A DNA stretch of 34,557 nucleotides, from the NCBI GenBank assembly GCA_035290625.1, contig DATDTY010000015.1, positions 1-34,557 of the forward strand, in the 5' to 3' direction. Positions 17,767 through 26,819 of this stretch are shown here, in pieces. Made by a program: the position numbers and the translations under genes. The first letter of the stretch is position 1. Each line of letters starts with the position of its first letter. The notes below the pieces were generated by a model, which had not been told where the DNA came from, did no database searches, and was given only the letters and a program-made list of their open reading frames with translations. The DNA is from Candidatus Nanoarchaeia archaeon (GTDB lineage Archaea > Nanobdellota > Nanobdellia > Woesearchaeales > DATDTY01).

Positions 17767-18090
17767 TTATACCTTCACTTGAACGAGCGGTTTTACGCGC
17801 CCCTTCTCCACTTCGGAATCAACAACGGACCAATAGTATGCAATGAACTTCTCTACATAGGGATTTTCCCTGTTTAATGCATACATTTTTGCCTTTCCAA
17901 CATTCCTTGTATTGACAACGATCTTTCTTCTTATGAAAAGTTTCCAGATTTCTTTTAACGCAGTGTAGCTCACGTCTGAGAACCGAGCAATATCTTTCAT
18001 TGAATAATCAAATTCTGAATGAACTATTAAAAAATTCCATAGTCTATTCCGGACGGTATTCCCTTCCAGTCTTAGAAATGCTGATGTCAT
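17767..18090 (-). CDS. Small winged-HTH protein
   Basis: FDYSMKDIARFSDVSYTAL...TRNVGKAKMYALN. Confidence 0.8.
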   Translation of the reverse strand: MTSAFLRLEGNTVRNRLWNFLIVHSEFDYSMKDIARFSDVSYTALKEIWKLFIRRKIVVNTRNVGKAKMYALNRENPYVEKFIAYYWSVVDSEVEKGRVKPLVQVKV

Positions 18091-18193
18091 GGAATAAGGA
18101 ACCTGGCCCTTGTATATAAAGGTTTCTTTTTTGTACTTTAAGGGTCAAGAAAGCGACCCAAACTTTATTAAGCCGGTAGTATCGTCTTAATCT

Positions 18194-18511
18194 ATGCCCA
18201 AAGTGAAAAGGAGTGAATATATCAAACTCAGTAGAACCGTCATTAGAAAATTGTACGATGGAACTTGTTTTGGCAAGGGTTCCCTGTATCTTGAAACTCT
18301 ACAGCACGGCATTCCTCCTGAGTATGGAGGCAAAGTAGAGATCGTACTCGATGCTTTGGTTAAACAGCGCGTTTGCGGAAAGAAGAAGAAGGAACATGGC
18401 TGGAAATATTATCTGAATATGGAGAGAATAGACAAAATCAAAGAAATACTAAAAGAGAAGGACGAAAGATCAATAATTCCGCTATTGTTGATGTTACCGA
18501 ACATCTTGTAA
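18194..18511 (+). CDS. Small hypothetical protein (winged-helix-like)
   Basis: 105-aa ORF divergent from the HTH gene, with TTTATTAA about 25 nt upstream. Confidence 0.65.
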   Translation: MPKVKRSEYIKLSRTVIRKLYDGTCFGKGSLYLETLQHGIPPEYGGKVEIVLDALVKQRVCGKKKKEHGWKYYLNMERIDKIKEILKEKDERSIIPLLLMLPNIL

Positions 18512-18546
18512 ATATGACTGCTGTCGGAGATGCAGAGATTTGGTGA

Positions 18547-19242
18547 TTAACGATTTTCTACATGGATTGTTGAATCCTTCATACCCAATTTAAGGATGTC
18601 ATCGAGGCTTGCCCTTTCAGCCGGAACTATGCCGTCAAGAGCGTCTGTTTTGTTTCCGTCCTTGAGATCTCCTACACACCAGACCTTATCCCAAAGATTA
18701 AAGGCATAACCAGCCTGCGCAAAACCAATGAGCGCGTCATGCATTGTCCCATCATACAAAAGACGCCTTTCTGCTTTGGCAAATCGTATTTTTTGATGAA
18801 GAAAGTCATCATACCGGCCACTTCGATCCTGTAATCTGAAACAGTCTATTCGCCTGGCTGGAGCTGTGATTTCCGCGAGAAGATTGAGAGACTCATCCCA
18901 CATTGCTTGCTTGAGAGATGATGACTGAGACTTGAAACCTGATGCCGGAGGATGAGAGATCATATAAACTCCCGTATTATCATATGCTGCGTGGGATTGA
19001 TTTTTTATTTCTATCATACGTGCAATTTCTTCTCCAGTAGAGAAGCCCATTCGCTCCAGATCTTTTCTAGATTGGGCAAGATATTCCTGCCATTCTTCGG
19101 GATTCTTCCTTCGCCATATCCTTACTCCTTCCACAAGAAATACTCTATGAGAGGCGAATAATTCCGGAATGGATACCTTTAGCCTCCCAGAATCCGGGTC
19201 TCTATTTTCGGAGATTACTGAATCTGAATAGAGATGAGCCAT
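18547..19242 (-). CDS. Hypothetical protein
   Basis: 231-aa ORF with GAGGT SD, directly downstream of tfb. Confidence 0.65.
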   Translation of the reverse strand: MAHLYSDSVISENRDPDSGRLKVSIPELFASHRVFLVEGVRIWRRKNPEEWQEYLAQSRKDLERMGFSTGEEIARMIEIKNQSHAAYDNTGVYMISHPPASGFKSQSSSLKQAMWDESLNLLAEITAPARRIDCFRLQDRSGRYDDFLHQKIRFAKAERRLLYDGTMHDALIGFAQAGYAFNLWDKVWCVGDLKDGNKTDALDGIVPAERASLDDILKLGMKDSTIHVENR

Positions 19243-19275
19243 AAAAGACCTCTGCCATTGGGTTTCTAGTAAGAC

Positions 19276-20196
19276 TTATTTCTTCCGCTTAACCTTCTTT
19301 ATCTCCCGCTCCAGCTTAAGCTCTTCAAGAAGTTCCTTGTAGCGGTTTCGGATTGTGACTTCAGTGACTCCTGCCACGTCTGCAACCTCTCTCTGAGTCC
19401 TCTTCTCTCCATGGATGAGGGCTGAAACATACAACGCAGCTGCAGCAATCCCTGTCGGCCCTCTTCCTGAGGTCAGCTCAGATCTCTGTGCGCGCTCAAG
19501 GATCTCAACAGCCTTTGATTGCGTCTCTGCAGTGAGCTTTAATGAGGATGCAAACCTGGCGATGTAGTCAGAAGGGTTGGATGGCCTGATTGTGATCCCA
19601 AGCTCTCTCGTGACAAAACGATACGTCCTTCCGATCTCTTTCTTCTCTATTCCAGAAGCTTCAGAAAGCTCATCCAATGTTCTTGGCACTTCATGCCTTC
19701 TGCATGCTGCATAGAGCGCTCCTGCAACAACAGATTCCATAGACCTTCCCCGTACAAGGCCCCGCTGGACAGCAAGGGTATAAATCCTGGCAGATTCCTC
19801 TTCCACAGAACTTGGAAGCTTAAGGTAGGAAGCAACACGCTTCAGCTCTGCCAATGCAAGCTTGAGGTTCCTTTCAATAGCTGTAGAGATCCTGTACTGC
19901 CACTTTCGCAGCCTGAAGAATTTGTTCCTGTCTCTTGCCCCAAGCTGGTAGAGGTCTGCCTTTCTCCCAACCTCAGTCCCCATGCCCTGGTCAAACTGGG
20001 TATAGGTCATGGGAGCTCCGGTTCTCCTTCGTGACTCCCCGCCTTCTGACTCAAACTCACGCCATTCCTGGGTGAAATCGACCATCTTGTCTTCAATGAC
20101 AAGGCCGCAGTCTTTGCAAATGATCTCTCCCTTCTCCTTATTCATGAAGAGATTGATTCCTGCGCATTCCGGACACTTCTTCACATATTGGACCAC
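19276..20196 (-). CDS. tfb: Transcription initiation factor IIB (TFB)
   Basis: Zn ribbon CPEC...CKDCG; EWREF...RTGAP B-reader; RGRS and SGRGP cyclin repeats; TQREVADVAGVTEVTIRNRYKEL. Confidence 0.97.
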   Translation of the reverse strand: MVQYVKKCPECAGINLFMNKEKGEIICKDCGLVIEDKMVDFTQEWREFESEGGESRRRTGAPMTYTQFDQGMGTEVGRKADLYQLGARDRNKFFRLRKWQYRISTAIERNLKLALAELKRVASYLKLPSSVEEESARIYTLAVQRGLVRGRSMESVVAGALYAACRRHEVPRTLDELSEASGIEKKEIGRTYRFVTRELGITIRPSNPSDYIARFASSLKLTAETQSKAVEILERAQRSELTSGRGPTGIAAAALYVSALIHGEKRTQREVADVAGVTEVTIRNRYKELLEELKLEREIKKVKRKK

Positions 20197-20322
20197 TGCC
20201 AGACCCCCAACTTATTTATCGGCATATGATAACACTACTTTTATATACTAAATTCAGTCTCCCTTTATAAATATATCGCTTTTTTGGGAAGGTTTATAAA
20301 TGGCGGTCGGATTTTTGGCCCT

Positions 20323-20463
20323 ATGGGGCTTCCAAAGGAACTTCTGGACATGCTGGCCTGCCCCCAGTGCAAGGGAAAGCTGAAGCAGAACGGAGAGAGC
20401 CTTCTGTGCGAAAAATGCAGCAAGGAGTATCCAATCCAGGATGGGATCCCTATCCTGACATAA
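20323..20463 (+). CDS. trm112: Trm112-like methyltransferase activator (46 aa, not in the ORF track)
   Basis: MGLPKELLDMLACPQCKGKL...LLCEKCSKEYPIQDGIPIL; TTTATAAA about 25 nt upstream. Confidence 0.9.
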   Translation: MGLPKELLDMLACPQCKGKLKQNGESLLCEKCSKEYPIQDGIPILT

Positions 20464-20485
20464 GTCCATCGTTCTGAACAATTCA

Positions 20486-20646
20486 GCTCTGGTGAAAGTG
20501 AAGGTTGCCGCCCTTTCTGTGAGGTTTTGGACCAAGACATCAGCACCGACAAGGGAGTTGCCCCCATGGAGGAATGTCGGTTACCATCAAAAACAGCAGA
20601 GCCGGACTTGGCGGCAACCCAAGCGTTTGCGAGATTTCACCGGAGT
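20486..20646 (+). ncRNA. Candidate structured RNA, copy D
   Basis: P1 GCTCTGGTGAAA/TTTCACCGGAGT; TGAA-GGTTGCCGCC/GGCGGCAACC; TCT-GTGA-GGTTTTG/CAGAGCC-GGA; ACCGACA/TGTCGGT; apex AGGGAGTTG-CCCC-CATG-GAGG. Confidence 0.7.
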
Positions 20647-20669
20647 AGCATACTTCATACTCTTGAAAA

Positions 20670-20760
20670 CCAGCCATACATGGCTGCAGACGGATTGCCC
20701 TGCAATCCTACTCGGGTTTCCCGAAGGGAACGACCCCTCCCTCGTCTGCGCCATGGCTGG
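20670..20760. ncRNA. Candidate three-way-junction small RNA, unassigned
   Basis: Stems CCAGCCAT/ATGGCTGG, GCAGACG/CGTCTGC, GATTGC/GCAATC and GGGT-TTCCC/GGGAA-CG-ACCC; C(UUCG)G loop on the minus strand. Confidence 0.55.
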
Positions 20761-20805
20761 AGTCCTCTTCTCGGATAATCGGGATGCAGTTGCACGTTCC
20801 AAACC

Positions 20806-20813
20806 TTTATAAA
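20806..20813. promoter_or_regulatory. TATA box for tRNA-Ser (symmetric, possibly bidirectional)
   Basis: TTTATAAA, 25 nt upstream of the tRNA 5' end. Confidence 0.65.
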
Positions 20814-20838
20814 CGAAATTTAATTCAGGTTTCTTCCT

Positions 20839-20922
20839 GCCGCGGTGGCACAATCTGGCACTGCGCGAGCTTGGAGAGCTCGTTTCCTTCGGGATATCCC
20901 GGTTCAAATCCGGGCCGCGGCG
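20839..20922 (+). tRNA. tRNA-Ser(GGA), long variable arm, no encoded CCA
   Basis: Acceptor GCCGCGG/CCGCGGC+G; anticodon arm CGAGC-TTGGAGA-GCTCG; variable arm TCC-TTCG-GGA; T arm CCCGG-TTCAAAT-CCGGG. Confidence 0.95.
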
Positions 20923-20989
20923 TAGCGAACAGAGTGAGTGAAGCCAAGGCACGGTCCGAGACGAAGTCTCACTACCGGGCCGCGGCGTA
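20910..20989 (+). repeat. 15-bp direct repeat of the tRNA 3' end flanking a 50-bp insert
   Basis: CCGGGCCGCGGCGTA at 20910-20924 and 20975-20989. Confidence 0.9.
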
Positions 20990-21054
20990 TCCTTACTTTT
21001 CCTTTTGTAAATCTCCACATCATCTTTTTAAAATCCATCATATTCTCCCATCCA

Positions 21055-21501
21055 ATGCCCAAATACCTATTCGTTTGCAATCAAAATCTCTTCAGAAGCC
21101 CATGGGCTGCTGACTGGTGTTCTGAGTACTGCAGGAGCAGAGGCGTCTCTGCCGAAGTGAGGTCTGCAGGCGTCGGAGAGGAGCTCGAGAGCCATGCAAC
21201 CCGGTTTTCCAGGGACTTGCTCAAATGGGCTGATGCCATCTTTGTTATGGAAGGGTATATGAAAACTGCAATTCTTGAAGACTACTGCCAATTAGGCGAA
21301 GAGGAAAAAAGAATTGCTGAAGAAAAGATCGTCTGCCTGGATATACCTGATTGCTTCAGGCGAAAAGCAGAAGAAAATTCGATCTCAGAGAATATGACGC
21401 CTCAGGAAGCAATAGCCTACCTTAATCAACATCCCTGCCACATCTTCGGCCCAAAGCTGTTTTCCAAGGCTCTTGAAGGGAAGTTGGAAGCGCTGCTCTA
21501 A
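21055..21501 (+). CDS. Low-molecular-weight phosphotyrosine phosphatase-like protein
   Basis: LFVCNQNLFRS (CX5R), VRSAG, WADAIFVME and CLDIPD motifs. Confidence 0.85.
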   Translation: MPKYLFVCNQNLFRSPWAADWCSEYCRSRGVSAEVRSAGVGEELESHATRFSRDLLKWADAIFVMEGYMKTAILEDYCQLGEEEKRIAEEKIVCLDIPDCFRRKAEENSISENMTPQEAIAYLNQHPCHIFGPKLFSKALEGKLEALL

Positions 21502-21568
21502 AACCGAAAGGTTTATATATCTTAAGTTAATTCTACTTAACCTAAAATAGAATCTAAGTTAACTAGAA

Positions 21569-22831
21569 ATGACACAGATTAAGGATGTGCTCTTGGAGCT
21601 AAATCCCTGGTGGAAGCAGGATTTCAAGGCCGAATTTAAAGAGAGAGAGGTCTACTCTAAGATACAGAAATTTATGCCCCTCAGACAGATCCTGGCATTT
21701 ACTGGCTTAAGGAGGGTTGGGAAGACCACATTACTGCGTAAGATCATCGAGGATGCCATCACAAAAGAGAACTTTGATCCAAAAAGGGTTATGTACTTCT
21801 CATTTGACGAATGCAGGGAAGCTGAGATAAAAGAGGTGCTGCGCAGCTATGAGGAACTCACTGAAAACAGCCTGCGAGAAAAAAGGAGCTTAGTAGTGCT
21901 TGACGAAGTGCAGAAAGCAAGCAATTGGGAAGGCCAAGTCAAGAGCATATACGACCTCTATGAAAAACACGTCAAGATCATTGTTTCAGGATCAGAATCC
22001 TTGTTTATAAGAAGCAAATCAAAAGAGACTCTTGCTGGAAGAATATTCGAGTTCAAGATAGAGCCATTGTCTTTCAGGGAGTTCTTAAGATTCAAGGAAG
22101 CGAAGTTCGAGCCCATCCCTCTGTATAAAAGGGAGCTGGAAAAGCTTTTTGAGGAATTCACCTTAACCCAGGGCTTTCCGGAATTGATCGGCATTCAGGA
22201 TAAAGAGATAATAAAGAAGTACCTAAAAGAAAGCATCATTGAAAAAGTCGTATTTCAGGATATGCAGAGATTATTTCCTATTAAGGACGCATCACTCATA
22301 GAATCCCTGCTTAGCATCTTTCTTGAAGAGCCCGGGCAAATAATAGAGATTTCTGACCTCGCGAACGATTTAAACGTATCAAGGCAGACCCTTTCAAATT
22401 ATATACTGTACTTGGAACATGCCTTTCTGATAAGGAAGCTGTATAATTTCTCCAGGAACAGAAGAAAAGTTGAGAGAAAACTAAAAAAATATTACCCCAC
22501 CATCGTTTCACCAACGCTTGTATTCCGGCAAGATGATGTATCCAAGTCAAAGGTGTTTGAATGGCTCATTGTTAATCAGCTTCAAGCAGAATTTTTCTGG
22601 CGGGACCCGTATAAAAATGAAGTTGATATTGTTTTATTTGACAAAACAATAATGCCAATAGAAGTTAAATATGGGAAAATAGAATTGGAGGGCATGCGCT
22701 CTTTTATGGAAAAATTTAAGGTTAAAGAAGGCTGCATCATCTCGAGAAATGTTGAGGAAAAGAAGAAAACCGATGGAAGGACAATCTCCATAATCCCTGC
22801 CTTTAGATTTCTATTGGGCAGGGGAATCTGA
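21569..22831 (+). CDS. AAA+ ATPase (AAA_14 + DUF4143-type, PD-(D/E)xK tail)
   Basis: GLRRVGKT, LDEVQ, SGS, LAGR, GFPE and EVDIV...PIEVK motifs. Confidence 0.9.
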   Translation: MTQIKDVLLELNPWWKQDFKAEFKEREVYSKIQKFMPLRQILAFTGLRRVGKTTLLRKIIEDAITKENFDPKRVMYFSFDECREAEIKEVLRSYEELTENSLREKRSLVVLDEVQKASNWEGQVKSIYDLYEKHVKIIVSGSESLFIRSKSKETLAGRIFEFKIEPLSFREFLRFKEAKFEPIPLYKRELEKLFEEFTLTQGFPELIGIQDKEIIKKYLKESIIEKVVFQDMQRLFPIKDASLIESLLSIFLEEPGQIIEISDLANDLNVSRQTLSNYILYLEHAFLIRKLYNFSRNRRKVERKLKKYYPTIVSPTLVFRQDDVSKSKVFEWLIVNQLQAEFFWRDPYKNEVDIVLFDKTIMPIEVKYGKIELEGMRSFMEKFKVKEGCIISRNVEEKKKTDGRTISIIPAFRFLLGRGI

Positions 22832-25800
22832 CTACCTCTCCGGAGTCGGAGTCACTGTAGGAGTAGGCGTTCTTGTGACCAAAGGAGTGAGAGGCGTTGG
22901 AGTGCGGTAGAACTCCTGGCTTGCCGGAGGCTGCTCGACAATGTAGTTAAGAGCACCAACTGTATCTACGCGGACAAGATTCTTGGTTATACCTGATGCG
23001 TCCGGGCCTCGGCCATAGACTGTGAAGTTGTAATTTCCTGACTGAGGGCCCTGTCTGAAATTCGGATGGATAAGCCTGTTTCCTGGTGCCCAGACAAGCA
23101 TCCCTTCTCCCTCAAGAGGCCCCGTCCTTCCAAGATAGACGCCGTTGGCATACACATGGTGGTCTGTAAACACCTGGCCAGGCTGCCGGAGATCAAATCG
23201 AATCACGATCTGCCTGTCATTCTGGGGATCTGTGTCTGAGCCTCCTGCAAGGTTCTCCAGGCTCTGCTCTGTGTCTGTGATTGCAACTCCATAATAGCCG
23301 ACAGGGCCTGTATGCAGGCTAACAACAGGAACCAGAGCATTGGATGTGTTCCGTGCAAGCCCATACAGATCAAACTCGTGTTCTGATCCGAACTGAGGCC
23401 CATTCCTGAAAGCAGGGACGATATTCGTGTTGCCAGGCTCCCATTCAAGGGAATCCACAACGCCAGAGTGTGTCTGGCCAAAGTAGCTCCTGACTCCGTT
23501 TTGGATGATGTAAGCATGGAAGTTCTCAATATCAGCTCTTGCAACACTCCATTGCAAGCTGAGCTTGCGCGCCAATGGAGAATCAAGGTCATAGTGGCCT
23601 GATAAATCAACAATAGAGTCAGCATGATCTGTCACAATGAATGTGTCTGGAGTAAACTCGTAGGTTACAGGCCCGGCATCGATGCCAGAAAGAGGATGCA
23701 GCACATTATTCTCATCTGCTACAAGAGGGAATATCCTGAAACTGATGTTTCCTGGAACAGGAGCTCCTGCTGAAAGAGGATTTGTCTCAGACCACTCAAA
23801 GCTGGTTGCTTCTCCATCTCCTGTTCTACCGATATAGATGTAAGGGCCTCCATTAACTGAAGCCTGAAAATGGATGTCTGCAAGGCCATCAAGATTGCTG
23901 AATTTCAATGCGAGGCTTCTGTCAGCAGCAGTGTCTATGTCTACTTGTCCAGTCAAGTCAATAAGGCTTTCAAGATTGTCTGTAATGATTGGGTTTTGGA
24001 TTGGAGGCACGGGTGTTGGGGTTGGAGTGGGCTGTTCAACAATATAAGAGAGGGTTCCAGACTCAAGGGGCTGCTCCGGAACATTCCCATGTAAGCCAAA
24101 CACCCTGAATTGCCAAATTCCCGGATCAAGATTCTGCAAAAGGATAGATGTTGCATTTCCATCGCCTGTCCTTGCAAGGTAGCCATAGTTGCCTCCATTC
24201 AAAGAGCCATAGACATGATGGTCAGTAAGAGTATTGACTCCAAGATCCCACATTAATGCAAGAGTCCTTTCATCGAATGGGTCTTTGTCTTCTCCTCCTG
24301 TAAGGTCGAGGTCTGAGCCAAGATTGTCAGTGATTCTGAGATTTGACAAGGCTGGAGGAAGGGTAACATTATAGGCAATGACTGGAGAGTCAATAGGATT
24401 AAGGGGAACGTTTCCCTGCAATCCAAACACCCTGAACTGATAGGTTGCGGGCGAGTCAGTACCTGGCATCCACGAGAAAGATGTATCAGTTCCATTTCCT
24501 GTCTGTCCAAGGAATTCATAAGGACCGCCATCCTTTGATCCATAGATATGAGCATTTGTTGTAGGCACAGGAAGATTCCATCTTACAACGAGCTCTCTGT
24601 TATTTATAACATCCTCATCATGCACGATAGCCTCAAGGCTAGCCAGAGTATCAGTCACAATCACTGATCCCGCAGGCAAAGGAGTATAGGTTGGAGTTGC
24701 TGTTGGTGTGTTAGTTGGAGTATTTGTTGGAGGAACAGGTGTTGGAGGTAGTGGAGTGTCAGTTGGCAGGCCTGGAGTGAAAGTGGCAGTGGGTTGAAGT
24801 GTATTTGTAGGAGTTGGAGTGTAGGTTGATGTCGGAAGTGGCGTACGTGTATATGTGGGTGTTGGAGTTGGAACAGGAGTGTTGGTTCTGGTATAGGTTG
24901 GAGTTCGGGTTGGTGTTCTGGTGGATGTGGGTGTGGATGTCGAGGTTTGGGTTGCTGTGTATGTAGGTGTGCTTGTTGGAGTTGCAGTGTATGTTGATGT
25001 TGCTGTAGCCAGGCTAGTTGCGGTTGCTTCTAAAGTAGGAGTTGCTGTTGGATTCAGAGGATTGATAACAAGATGGATGTTTTGCGTGTCTGAATAATCG
25101 CTTCCGTCATAAGCACGGATTGTGAAGTTAAAGTCTCCTGGAGCTGAGGTATTCAGGCGGTATTCTCTAATAAGCAGAGTTCCGACTGGCAGCTGTGGGT
25201 TGATTGGGGTCGCCCGATCAGAATCTGAAAGGACGATCTCAAGCAGCGACGGCCCTTTGTCAAGATCCCTGGCCGTAGCTGTAATTTGGCGTACATCTCC
25301 CTGAGTCAAAACATACTCAGTATCGCGAGGAAAAATGCCTAAGGTAGGATGCACATTGCCTGGCAAGGGGATGTTTGTTGCTGTTGCTGTAGCAGTTGCC
25401 GTACTTGTCGGGATAGGAGTGTCTGTAGGAATAAGCGTTGGTGTTGGAGTGTACGTTGGAGTGTCTGTCGGCAAAGGAGTGTTTGTAGGAGCAAGAGTGT
25501 AGGTTGGCGTAGCTGTGAATGTTGCCGTTGGAAAAGGCGTGCTGGTTGACGGAACAGGCGTGAATGTGCTGGTTGGCTGAGACGGTACTGGAGTGTTGCT
25601 TGGAGTGAATGTAGAGGTTGGCTGAGGTTGCGGGGGGACTGAAGTAAACGTGCTTGTCGGCTGGGGAGGAACTGGCGTGAAGGTTGAGGTTGGGATGGGA
25701 GTGTTTGTGTAGGTAGATGTTGAAGTCGGAGTGTTTGTGGACGTGGCAGTTGCTGTAGGAGTTGGCGTTGGAGTGGGAGCAGGGATGGTGATGTTCTGCG

Positions 25801-26767
25801 CTGTGCTTCCCCCAATAGTATGGATGACCTGTTCAAGAGCCGGCTCGTTATTGATGTAGATTCTAAGTGCCTCTCCGTTAACTCCGCCCTCCTTATTCTC
25901 TATTTCAGGAGTATTTGGATCATCAAGGGTAGCAGGATTATCAGAAAGCGCAAGAACATTATAATAACCTGATGTTGTTGTTGGAGAGTCCTGCGTGTAG
26001 TTCTGTCCAGTTGGGCCTTTAATCCTGACTTCAAGGCCGTCAGGCACTGCTCCGCCATGATAATTCACAAGGCCGTAGAATCTGGAAGGCGCTTGAGGAA
26101 CATCAGGCGGTGCTGTCGGCGTTGGCGTGATTAAGGCCGTGGCTGTTGGAACGAGAGTATATGTGGCGGTTGGAAGAGGCGTACTTGTATATGTAGGTGT
26201 TAACGTATTTGTAGGAACTGGCGTGAATGTGCTTGTTGGAGCTGCTGTAAATGTGGGGGTGGCAGTATACGTTGGGGTTGGCAGTGGCGTGTTTGTTGGA
26301 GTAAATGTTGGAGTGTCTGTTGGAACTGGAGTATTTGTGGAGGTTGCTGTTGGCGTAGGAGTGGGGGAAGGGATGGTAATATTAACAGATGAACTCCCTC
26401 CAATCGAATGGGTTACGGTCTGGGTTGCAAGCTCATTGTCGATGTAGATTTGTAGTGTCTCTCCTGAAAGCCCTCCTTCCTTTTGGGGTGTGTCAGGATC
26501 ATCAGAAAGCGCATACACATTATAGTAGCCGCTGGCTGTTGTCGCTGAGTCTTGGGTGTAATTCTCTCCAGCCGGGCCTTCAATCCTGATAGCAAGACCA
26601 TCAGGAACAGCACCTCCGTGATAATCAACAAGGCCGTAGAAGCGTGAAGGTTGTTGAGGAACTGATTCAGCATTCCTCACTGCATACATAGAACCGAAGG
26701 TGAGAGCAGTAAGTGCTTCCAGAGTCACTGCCGCTTTGCCGATTGTCTTCCTGAGTTTCTGTATAAT
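22832..26767 (-). CDS. Large secreted/surface protein with Thr/Pro-rich linkers and repeated beta-sandwich-like domains
   Basis: Two [16 protein letters not shown] domains, long TPT repeats and five TD..S..DL.G..D.D...R.L..W...H.Y....YLG.TG modules. The start is probably ATT at 26767; the ORF track uses GTG at 26728. Confidence 0.85.
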   Translation of the reverse strand: MIQKLRKTIGKAAVTLEALTALTFGSMYAVRNAESVPQQPSRFYGLVDYHGGAVPDGLAIRIEGPAGENYTQDSATTASGYYNVYALSDDPDTPQKEGGLSGETLQIYIDNELATQTVTHSIGGSSSVNITIPSPTPTPTATSTNTPVPTDTPTFTPTNTPLPTPTYTATPTFTAAPTSTFTPVPTNTLTPTYTSTPLPTATYTLVPTATALITPTPTAPPDVPQAPSRFYGLVNYHGGAVPDGLEVRIKGPTGQNYTQDSPTTTSGYYNVLALSDNPATLDDPNTPEIENKEGGVNGEALRIYINNEPALEQVIHTIGGSTAQNITIPAPTPTPTPTATATSTNTPTSTSTYTNTPIPTSTFTPVPPQPTSTFTSVPPQPQPTSTFTPSNTPVPSQPTSTFTPVPSTSTPFPTATFTATPTYTLAPTNTPLPTDTPTYTPTPTLIPTDTPIPTSTATATATATNIPLPGNVHPTLGIFPRDTEYVLTQGDVRQITATARDLDKGPSLLEIVLSDSDRATPINPQLPVGTLLIREYRLNTSAPGDFNFTIRAYDGSDYSDTQNIHLVINPLNPTATPTLEATATSLATATSTYTATPTSTPTYTATQTSTSTPTSTRTPTRTPTYTRTNTPVPTPTPTYTRTPLPTSTYTPTPTNTLQPTATFTPGLPTDTPLPPTPVPPTNTPTNTPTATPTYTPLPAGSVIVTDTLASLEAIVHDEDVINNRELVVRWNLPVPTTNAHIYGSKDGGPYEFLGQTGNGTDTSFSWMPGTDSPATYQFRVFGLQGNVPLNPIDSPVIAYNVTLPPALSNLRITDNLGSDLDLTGGEDKDPFDERTLALMWDLGVNTLTDHHVYGSLNGGNYGYLARTGDGNATSILLQNLDPGIWQFRVFGLHGNVPEQPLESGTLSYIVEQPTPTPTPVPPIQNPIITDNLESLIDLTGQVDIDTAADRSLALKFSNLDGLADIHFQASVNGGPYIYIGRTGDGEATSFEWSETNPLSAGAPVPGNISFRIFPLVADENNVLHPLSGIDAGPVTYEFTPDTFIVTDHADSIVDLSGHYDLDSPLARKLSLQWSVARADIENFHAYIIQNGVRSYFGQTHSGVVDSLEWEPGNTNIVPAFRNGPQFGSEHEFDLYGLARNTSNALVPVVSLHTGPVGYYGVAITDTEQSLENLAGGSDTDPQNDRQIVIRFDLRQPGQVFTDHHVYANGVYLGRTGPLEGEGMLVWAPGNRLIHPNFRQGPQSGNYNFTVYGRGPDASGITKNLVRVDTVGALNYIVEQPPASQEFYRTPTPLTPLVTRTPTPTVTPTPER

Positions 26768-26819
26768 AGTCTGTCCCCCCTCAAAAATGGAAATTAGGTT
26801 ATGCTTTTATTCTTTGCGG

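Noticed and set aside
2916..20646. Integron attC sites as the identity of the four elements
   Set aside because: GTT lies on the 5' arm and AAC on the 3' arm, the reverse of RYYYAAC...GTTRRRY. The flanking genes include housekeeping genes, and no integrase is present.
20486..20760. RNase P, SRP or 5S RNA
   Set aside because: GAGGAATGTC only loosely resembles RNase P CR-I and is paired locally. There is no CR-V, no SRP helix-8 motif and no 5S CCGAAC loop, and three paralogous elements exist in the window.
25339..26447. Gln/Leu-rich and Val/Gly-rich alternative ORFs
   Set aside because: They are shadow frames of the Thr/Pro repeats of the large surface protein.
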